A stretch of DNA of 64,000 bases from Savitreella phatthalungensis (lineage: Eukaryota), in contig AP039714.1 of assembly GCA_051599415.1 (NCBI GenBank), positions 62,001 to 126,000 of the forward strand. Direction: 5' to 3'. Positions 55,602-64,000 of this stretch are shown here, piece by piece. Position 1 is the stretch's first letter, and each line of letters begins with the position of its first letter. Below the pieces are notes generated by a model. It was not told the origin of the DNA, ran no database searches, and saw nothing but the letters and a program-made list of their open reading frames with translations. The translations under genes and the position numbers were made by a program.

Positions 55602-56541
55602 GACGTTTGAGGATGCGTGGCGGGGACCTGTCGGTTAAGGATACTTGATACGCTGCCAGAGACCAGCTCAGAACGTCGCGCGGCTTTGACAAGTGTCAAC
55701 CAGTCACTCTTCGATGATGCGACCGTTGCTGACGTGTCGATTATGTATGGAATGGCGAAGGGCTGTAGGAGAAGCGAGTCTCAGATTTCGCGCGTGACTC
55801 TAGCGTGCGTGTCGCCGAGATTTGGTTGTCCTCGTGGGGGTAAGAAAGGAAGTGGGAGGCTGACCGAGGGATGGACAAGATCGACTTGCGGTGTGCTCCT
55901 TGGCAGAAAACTCCCTGTGCTTGCCCGTCAGGAGTGCCGCAGTGAGACCAGCTCCGTGCAACAAGGACAAGAACTCCGAATGGAAGAAGAAGTAGAAGAA
56001 GTAGTAGAAGATAAAGATGAATACAGCGCTTTGATGACGCGGACGCGATCAAGACTTGCGCTCCGAAGTGTAAGGTTGTGAGGAGAGCGGGTGTAGTCAG
56101 GAGAATGAGTAACCTGGAGAGGACAGTGTAGGTGAGAGAATCCTGGTGGTACAAGGTGATGCGTAACACAGGTGGCTGGTTCAGAGGTGGTTTAAGTAAT
56201 TATAACGTCAATCTATCAATTTGGAAGTGATTCAATCATTTCTGAGTGATTTTACAAATTCGTGGCGCTCGTTTTTAGAATTGTGGCTAGGGCTCACGTG
56301 CTGACGCGTTTCTGTGCGAGGGCGTCTACACGTGCTTGTCAGAACCACTGTACGACACGGTATTTACACTTAGGATATACTGTATATACACTGCACGTAG
56401 TACACAGGGAACGCGCTTCCAACCCACCTCTTCTCTCCTCTACGCCTCTTTCCCTCTCTCCGCTTTCAGACTCCTGCTCGTGATCTGCACGCTTCTCCAC
56501 TCCTCTCTTATTCTTGTCACTCTACGCACACGGGTTGTGGG

Positions 56542-57252
56542 ATGGACACGTCGCAGGGTCCAGGTGAACGTCACCCGCTTGATCGGGAGCTCTTCCACCT
56601 GCAGCGCCTGAATTCCACCTTGGAACGCGTCTTGAGCTCTCTTTCTGACGCCTCTTCGAACGTCGGCGAGGTCGACGGGACCGTACGGAATGCAGACCGA
56701 CTGCTGGATCTGTATGTGCGGGTGCTGGATCGGGCTGATGCCGCACACGCGCTCGTGCTCGATCCTTCGTGGAAAGGTGCATCAGCGGACCTTGCATCAA
56801 CCGCTGCCGCTCCAAGGCCGCCGTCTCCACAGCCTTCGACCACAGTCACCGAGACCCTCCCACACACATCATCATCACCAGTCAAGTCGACAGCGACTGC
56901 CAATCCATCCACATCAGACAATCTGCCCCGATCGGCGCCAACGACGTCCTCATCCACTGGTGTGAGGACGACGTCGCGCGGGAGGGGTCGGGCTCGGGGA
57001 GGTATGACAGGGGTATCACGTGGCGGTACAATGACAACGACGACGACGCGGAAGCCATCGGCAGGTAGATCGTCACTTGCTCCACCGACAGATTTCCTAG
57101 CCAATAGACCGTCAGCGCTCGCGCGCGATGGCACCACCGCACCACCGTCCACCCGCGGTCGAGGCGTACCAGCAGTCCGGGGCACGCGTGCGAGTCGGGG
57201 CAGACAGGTAGTGATGAATCGGACGGCTAGCGGTGGTGGTGGTGGATCATAG
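56542..57252 (+). CDS. duo1: DASH/Dam1 complex subunit Duo1
   Basis: LDREL..LQRLN..LE.V..SL..A..NV..V..TV.NA.RLLD.Y.RVL......LVLDPSWKGA..DL, followed by a T/S/R/G-rich tail. Confidence 0.85.
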   Translation: MDTSQGPGERHPLDRELFHLQRLNSTLERVLSSLSDASSNVGEVDGTVRNADRLLDLYVRVLDRADAAHALVLDPSWKGASADLASTAAAPRPPSPQPSTTVTETLPHTSSSPVKSTATANPSTSDNLPRSAPTTSSSTGVRTTSRGRGRARGGMTGVSRGGTMTTTTTRKPSAGRSSLAPPTDFLANRPSALARDGTTAPPSTRGRGVPAVRGTRASRGRQVVMNRTASGGGGGS

Positions 57253-57376
57253 ATTCACAAGAGACGGATTATTCTCTGCAAGACACAGTCAGGGTCTGTA
57301 CATAGGTTTTTGGCAATGAAGAAGGTGCGCCTTTTGGAAAGAAGGACCTGAATATCTTTGATTGGGTTTCAATCGT

Positions 57377-57812
57377 CTAGTGGTGTGCGTGGTCGGGCGT
57401 TGTGTCGAGCTCGAACCAGTCGCCATCATTTGCGGCTTTCGCTCCCTTGGTGTGGGTGGCCTGTGCTCCTGCAGGCGTGTCTGCGGCCTCCTGAGCAGAA
57501 GCGTAGGCGTCCAACTCCGCCGTCACACCTTCCTTCGACACACCCTCAGGGGATTTAGGCGCAGCAGGGGCAGACCAGGCCTTCACCTGACCCTCGCTGT
57601 CGCTAGCAGACGATGCGCGAGGCTTGTACTCCTTGATACCCTTCAGGTACAAATCGGTGATGATGTCAGCACGGGCGACAGAGGCGGTCCCGAAGGATCG
57701 CAAGCAGGAGGTCGGCGTGCGCGCGCGAGTCTAAAGAAGAAAACGGTCAGCGGTCGAGCAAGTAGGAGAGAAGGATGGTAGTTGAACATACGGCAAGTCT
57801 GAGAGCGTTCAT
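57377..57812 (-). CDS. atp14: Mitochondrial ATP synthase subunit h, 2 exons: 57812-57792 and 57730-57377
   Basis: 61-nt intron GTATGT...GCTGAC...TTTAG gives presequence MNALRLATRARTPTSCLRSF, then ADIITDLYLKGIKEYKP...SDSEGQVK.W..P..PKSPE...EL..Y and DWF. Confidence 0.9.
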
Positions 57813-58275
57813 GATGTGTGTAGTAAATTCGCAGCACGATGAGTGATGTATATAGACTGCGTCTTCCCGTACTCTGACTCTGTGGGTCTCTCCTCCCGTG
57901 ACAAGAGACCGAATCGACCGTTGGTAAGAGAGAGTAAGAGATAGTGAGAGAGAGAGGTTTCTGCCAGTGCGTAGTAGGTCGGTCGGGAATGAGTGATTGA
58001 TTGTACGATGGTTGTACAGGCTTGGGGTATAGGATTGAATTTCGATCGAGCGATAGATTCCGAAATTTTACTAAGAGAATCTACCCAATTCTATTCGAAT
58101 CATTTTATTTCTATTTAAATTCTATTGATATTGCTTAATTCATTGCGTTTTTATATGGGAGACCAGGTGAATGGATGCACGATTGATGAATGCACATCAC
58201 CCATCTCATGACTCCATCACATATCAACATGGACCGCTCGCCTAAACATCTATCTTGTCGATCTCATCTCGTCTG

Positions 58276-58300
58276 GAGTCGAGTCGAGTCGAGTCGAGTC
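58276..58300. repeat. (GAGTC)5 microsatellite
   Basis: Read directly. Confidence 0.95.
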
Positions 58301-58788
58301 GAAGCGAGTCAGGTACGATTGAAGAGCTTTTTTGAGATATCACTGTCATTCATTGTATGCTGGATCATGACTCGTGCGGCGAAAGGAGGAAGAAGATTGA
58401 TCTTCCATAGTGCGGATTTCTTCGTCTGCTAGCACTGTAGACTTCCGCCGGGTGCATCACTCTCTTCGAGTGCACTGCATCGCCACCTCATAGACACTGC
58501 TTGAGCTTTCCTTGACTATGTCTGCGGGCGCACTCCCTCGATACACTGACCTTCGAGCCTAACAATCGAAGGAGGGATGGAGTGCTCGCATCACGTGTAC
58601 ATGAGAGGTCACGTGTACTTGGCACGAATAGAATCAGGTTGCACGAGATTTACCAGATTGAGGGATACACCAAATCCATTTCCATCACGGGAGTCCTCCA
58701 CTACCTATAGCTATTTATCCCCTTTCCCGTCAGGTCTCCACCCACTCCACAGACGGCAGACGCTCGTTGAGCGCGCAGGTGTTCTGCC

Positions 58789-59172
58789 ATGTCAAAGTCT
58801 GTCGCTGCGTCGCCAGGAGCGATCACGGTGAAGGTTGCGCTGGCCGGTGGACTCGAGACAGTGTTTCTCTCGCCCTCGACGTCGTTCGATGTGAGGTTGC
58901 CGTGTGCCGGGAGTACGCGGTCGAATGCATCGTCAGGGACGGATGTCGGTGCGCTGATTGCCGAATTGGCGTCAAGGACGCAGCCTGCAAAGCGCCACTT
59001 GTTTGCAGCGGCAGCAGCAGCAGATCAGGAAGGGGAGTCACCGGCAGACGACGTCAGGCCTGGCATTCTCGTACTCGTCAACGACGATGACTGGGAGCTA
59101 GAGGATGGACCTAGATGGGCATTGCATGATGGCGATGTCGTCACGTTTGTGTCGACTTTGCACGGCGGATGA
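58789..59172 (+). CDS. urm1: Ubiquitin-related modifier Urm1
   Basis: [36 protein letters not shown]-terminus. Confidence 0.96.
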   Translation: MSKSVAASPGAITVKVALAGGLETVFLSPSTSFDVRLPCAGSTRSNASSGTDVGALIAELASRTQPAKRHLFAAAAAADQEGESPADDVRPGILVLVNDDDWELEDGPRWALHDGDVVTFVSTLHGG

Positions 59173-59387
59173 TTTTGTGGGAGGCTCAAAGAGAAAGTAT
59201 CGATGCAGCAATCAAGGTAAGGGCACGGAAGAGAGAGAGAGAGGGAGAAGGTGCGAGAAGCGGGGTTTAAATGGGCAATGTACATCTTGCTGCTAAGAGA
59301 GGGAAAGGGGAGAGTTGGCGGTCGGGTATAGTGGGAGAGAGAGAGAGGGCTAGAGATGGAGGTGAAGAAAGAACGTTTCGGATTCCT

Positions 59388-59702
59388 TTACTTCTTGCTC
59401 TTCTCGTACTTGGCCTTGGCGGTCTCGTAGTCCGCTTTTGCCTTCTTCGCCTTGTCCTCGTAAGGCTTCTTCTCGGCATCCGACATAGACTTCCACTTGT
59501 CACCAAGAGCCTTGCCGATTGCTCCGAATGCAATGTCCGGGTTCTCAGCCTTGACGACCTCACGGTGGTCCTGGGTGAAGAGCATGTAGGAGGAAAGCGG
59601 ACGCTTTGGCGCGTTCGGGTCCTTCTCCTTCTTTCCACCGCGTGCAGGTGCAGCAGCGACGGGTGCGGCCTTGCCACGCTTTGCAGATGTGTCCTTTGGC
59701 AT
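59388..59702 (-). CDS. nhp6: HMG-box non-histone chromosomal protein Nhp6
   Basis: [47 protein letters not shown]. Confidence 0.96.
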   Translation of the reverse strand: MPKDTSAKRGKAAPVAAAPARGGKKEKDPNAPKRPLSSYMLFTQDHREVVKAENPDIAFGAIGKALGDKWKSMSDAEKKPYEDKAKKAKADYETAKAKYEKSKK

Positions 59703-59936
59703 GATTTGGGGGTTTGTGGGTTTTGGGAGAGATGTAGAGGATCTGATAGAAGGTTTGGATGAAGCTCGTGAAGACTGAGCTCTTTCCTTTTGGTCTGATT
59801 GCTTTCGTTGTTGTTGAGGTTTTTAGTGTGGCGAGCTATAGAGCGTATAGGAAATTATTGGTGTTGTGGTGTGGATCACAGTAGGTTAGAGTGTAACACG
59901 CGCAGAGGTTGGAGAGTACAGTGGTAGAGTGAATGG

Positions 59937-60102
59937 GTGAGTGAGTGAGTGAGTGTATGGCTGTAGTGGTGAGTGAGTGAGTGAGTGAGTGAGTGGGTAT
60001 GCGCAGAGTGAGAGTGGGCGTAGTGTGGAAGGTAGTAGTAATCTGCCAGATCGCAGTGAATGAGTGAGTGAGCGGCTGAGTGATTGATTTTGTGAGTGAG
60101 TG
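59937..60102. repeat. Interrupted (GTGA)n / (TCAC)n repeats in the nhp6 leader/TSS region
   Basis: Three runs of gtgagtgagtga. Similar (TCAC)n runs lie on the sense strand upstream of tma7 (about 51700-51722). Confidence 0.85.
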
Positions 60103-61159
60103 AATGACTACAAACAGGATTATTCCTCCCGGTTCATACGGACTCAATCTAATCCAGGTGAATTCCAACTGCGAAACAATTTCAATTCATCCCAATTTCA
60201 TTAGTTCAATCGAGTTTCAGATTCAAAATTTAATAAAATTCGTCAATCGAACGCTCAATATTCCACCTGAATTAGATCGAAAAACCGAATTCGGATACCC
60301 GACTGCAATCTAATCTAGGTCAGATGAATTTATTACAAAACTGATTCAGGTTCTAATGGACTTCGGCTCTTGTGTGATTGTCAATTGAATTTGTTTATTG
60401 ACACCGAACGCGCACCAGCCGTCTTTCACCTACTCCAGATGGAGATACACCCGTCTCCATAGCAAAAATAAATGAATTATTGACCTGGCAACGACGCTAC
60501 ACCACACCCGTTGCCATCACACCCACATCATCCTTGTCTATGCGGGTCATCACTCATCATCAACCATCCACCCGAGTTGAAGCAGGTGCGTTGTCAAGGT
60601 CACTCACCTCACTGCATGGCCTGATGCACCACAGTCCATCTTTCCCTGACAAGCTTACCTCGCAGATTTAGCAATCAGATGCACGAGATGGAAGTTGGAA
60701 ATCAGACTGAGCGATGTGATCACCGTCAGTCATTTTATCTTCTCTCCAACATGAGGTCACAACTGCGACTCATATGCAATGTATACTAGATAGATTATTC
60801 ACGCACGTAGCATGACTGTCCTGTGCATCCACAAGCCTGGACAAGGCGAGTGGTTCACTGACCGATGGTTGAGTAGAATCGGTCGTGCATCAGGAAAATA
60901 CCGTCATAGACAGGTACTTACAAGCAACCTCACTCTCATTCCAGAATGCATGAGCGATAGACGGACACGATCGACGGAGACAGGTGCATCCTGACCCGGT
61001 TGATAACCCATATAAGACACGTGCACTAACATAGCCCAAACTCAGAGTTCCATATATGCTGCATGTTCTTCTACTGATGCTATACTGTGACTGGAAACCT
61101 GGATCCAGATTTCAACATCTCTAAGTCTTCCATGACGAGTAACTCTGGTTTTCCGGATC

Positions 61160-62464
61160 TCAGAGCTTCGTGGCAGGCTGTGCGTGATGCTTGATGCTCG
61201 CCTCGGTGGCTTCGTCTGGTGATGCGCCAGTGACCGATTGGATGTGAGTATCCTTGTGTGGTGTGAACTCGATCGATTGACGTGGTGTGGATGCCATGTG
61301 GTACTGGATTGGGAATCTGACCTGGACGCCTAGTTCCTTTGCCCAGTTGAGGACCATGGATGGGTCTCTGAGGAATTCTCTGGCTGCCATGACTGCGTCG
61401 AGTTTTCCCGAAGCGACGTAGTTCTCTGCCAGGTCTGGACGCCAGATCATGCCGACGCCTGTGACGAGGATATCTGGGATGCGGCGCTTGATCTCGACCG
61501 CAGCCTCTGCCTGGTAGCCCGGCATGATCTTGATCTTCTGGCGCATGTCCAGTCCGGCGGACGTGACATCCAGCAGGTCGACGCCTTCCTTCTGCAGCGC
61601 CTGACCCAGGTACACGCAGTCGTCCACAGTCCAGCCGCCCTCGACCCAGTCGGTCGCTGGGATGCGAGCAAACAGCGGAATCGTCTTGCCACTCTCGTCG
61701 ATCGCACGCTTGATCGCTCGCGTCGTCTCAATCACATACCGACACCTGTTCTCCAGCGACCCACCGTACTTGTCCGTCCGCTTGTTCGAGAGTGGTGAGA
61801 GGAACTCGTGAGCGAGGTATCCGTGAGAGCAGTGGTTCTCGAGCACCTGGACGCCTGCCTCGATGCCGCGCTTTGCCGTCCTGTAGAACTTCTCGACCAG
61901 GTCAGCGATCCTTTCCTCGGTCAGCTCGTTCGGCTGGGCGTAGTCGTCGTGGAATTTCTCAGCCGTCGGTGCGACCACAGCTCCGGGCCAGCCGTTTGCT
62001 CCTTCGCCTGCAGCGGACTTGCCACCGAGCCAGGGCGCCGTCGTCGATGCCTTCCTGCCGGCATGGGCGATCTGGAGAGCGACAACGGTGTTCTGCGACT
62101 TGATGAACTCGGCCACCCGCCGCATCGGCTCGATCTGGGAGTCCTTCCACAACCCGACATCCTCAGGCGTAATCCGACCTTCAGGCTCCACAGCCGTCGC
62201 CTCGATGAACACCAGACCAGCACCTCGCAGGGCGTACGACCCAACATTCACAAGGTGCCAGTCGGTCATGTGACCATCGTGCGCAGAGTACTGGCACATC
62301 GGTGCTACCCAGATCCGATTGTGGATCTTCAGTCCACGAATTGTCAGAGGACGAAACACAGCAGGCAGGTGAGAGCCATCGGAGACAGTACCCGCAGGCA
62401 CGGTCTGAGCGGGCGTGTAGTAGGAGATACCCTCTGCACCCTTGTTGATTGTCGACCACGACAT
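61160..62464 (-). CDS. NADH:flavin oxidoreductase / old yellow enzyme, YqjM-like subclass
   Basis: NRIWVAPMCQYSA, GLVFIEATAV.PEGRITPED.GLW, QIAHAGRKAS, H..HGYL.HEFLSPLSNKRTDKYGGSLENR, PGYQ, AREFLRDP. First ATG is at 62464. Confidence 0.95.
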   Translation of the reverse strand: MSWSTINKGAEGISYYTPAQTVPAGTVSDGSHLPAVFRPLTIRGLKIHNRIWVAPMCQYSAHDGHMTDWHLVNVGSYALRGAGLVFIEATAVEPEGRITPEDVGLWKDSQIEPMRRVAEFIKSQNTVVALQIAHAGRKASTTAPWLGGKSAAGEGANGWPGAVVAPTAEKFHDDYAQPNELTEERIADLVEKFYRTAKRGIEAGVQVLENHCSHGYLAHEFLSPLSNKRTDKYGGSLENRCRYVIETTRAIKRAIDESGKTIPLFARIPATDWVEGGWTVDDCVYLGQALQKEGVDLLDVTSAGLDMRQKIKIMPGYQAEAAVEIKRRIPDILVTGVGMIWRPDLAENYVASGKLDAVMAAREFLRDPSMVLNWAKELGVQVRFPIQYHMASTPRQSIEFTPHKDTHIQSVTGASPDEATEASIKHHAQPATKL

Positions 62465-64000
62465 CTCTACAGCTAGAACTTTACTGGACACTCGATCTGC
62501 TGTCTACGGCTACATTTATACCCGTTCGCCAGCGTGGAGAAAGTCGAGAAGATATTAGTAAGGCTTTGAATGACGGTATTGCCGGTGCATCCGCGCAATC
62601 ATCTCCACCAGCTTCGAATTAGCCTTTATGAATGCAAGCGAGCGAATCGAGTGATCTTACTTCCGTCTGGGGTCATGGTTGATTGGCAGTGGGTGGACCA
62701 GTGGAAATTGAATATTTTATGCATCAACAGAACCCACACAGCAGGGCATAGAAAAAGAGCCGAGGATATGCCATTCATGCATTCTACCAACCAACGCAGC
62801 ATGTCCATCTTGAGTTTTCCGAATGCAGCATGGTCATTGTCAGACGATTCAATCAATCACCATACTTTAAGATACATTAGAAAACTTCGGTCAACGGAAG
62901 TCATCAAAAGTCCGAGGCCGAGGTCAAATTCTAGTATATAATACACGTGCATGAACTCCTCCTTTCTCTAGCTACCCTGCATGTAACATCCAAGATAGTC
63001 GATTGAACCTGTCGAATATACAAGTAACGAAAGAGCTGGCAGGCATACCTCTCTCCCCTATTTCCCAGAATTCAGAAAACACATGAGGCAAAAGATGACC
63101 TCGGAAGTCCTCACTTGCGCATACAACATCTACTTAAAAAAAAAACTTCCTCTCTCCTTGCCCCTCGCCCTGGTGAACCTGACTCACAAGCAAAAGAGTT
63201 AATCTCCTATTACCCGATTGACAATCATCCGTGACATATTCAAGAGGATTACACGGTGTGAGCACTCAAGCAGATCGGATCACAGAACAATCTTTGGAGG
63301 CTAATGGAATACCGCTGTCTCGAATTGCTCACGTGAGCAGCATTCAGTATCGCCCTGCCTGTATCTGCCTTCTGGAATTCCACCTTCTATCGGTCAGCTG
63401 CAACGCCACTCGACCAAGACTGAAACTTCCCTGCATGCATAAATCACCATGAATGACGTCAATAGCTAGTTTGCTGCTTTCAGTGCCGTGATCACACGAT
63501 CTCTGCCCATCAATCACAGGATCCCCGACCCAACGTCTTCTATGTTTCTGTGTTTCAGAGTGTTTCGACCTCTGACCGAGCGAGCAGGAATCCCAATCAT
63601 TGGCGATCTCCCCAACAGAATCATTCAGGACTCGTGACCTTTCCCAAACGATACAAAACATGGGTGACCTGACTTTGTAGTTCAGTCTCAATGCAATTAA
63701 AGCGTGATCGTTTATGGCTGCGGGCGACAAGCTGGCTTTGAGTCTGAGCCTGGCTCTAGCATCGCACGTTCCTCAAATCGCCTCACAAGCCAGGTCACAC
63801 GCTCTGCTCAGTAAAAAAGCTCTGAGTCGGCTGTTTCAGATGCATGTGTATATATATACCAGACTAGCCTACCTTCCACTACAGCTCAACACCATCGCTT
63901 CATGAACTGCTCCTAATCCTCGGGAAGAATGTCCTAAAGCAGTGGCCTACCATGGCAGAGAGAACGCTAGGAATCGTCGCGAAACGCGCTGACGCTGCAA

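Overview
Compact, intron-poor fungal genomic window, most likely Taphrinomycotina. This is inferred from clear S. pombe-type Pat1/Ran1, Rum1 and Cdc15/Imp2 orthologues and three short (60-65 nt) GT-AG introns. It holds 21 supportable protein genes: pat1/ran1 kinase, a MARCH5-like RING-CH ligase, TFIIIC Tfc6/Sfc6, an NCS1 permease, a hydantoinase/oxoprolinase-DUF917 fusion, phosphoglucomutase, Not1, a multi-TM membrane protein, Cdc15/Imp2, Rav1, an SDR with a PTS2-like signal, Vps35, Tma7, a SAC3/PCI-like protein, an Izh/PAQR, Rum1, Duo1, Atp14, Urm1, Nhp6 and a YqjM-type old yellow enzyme. No rRNA, tRNA, CRISPR array or recognisable transposon was seen. The best candidate system is the divergent NCS1 permease plus hydantoinase-DUF917 pair. 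The two genes share a 4.15 kb GATA-rich region in which each has an approximately 1.5 kb sense-strand leader almost free of ATG, with candidate 5'UTR introns. Other notable items are a 1-nt frameshift in Not1 (probably an assembly error), a diverged Rum1 CDK inhibitor, a nested approximately 280-nt fold-back inside the Tfc6 CDS within a wider CA-rich/GT-rich block alternation, and CACGTG clusters marking promoters. All homology calls come from motif recognition, not database searches. All counts are by hand.
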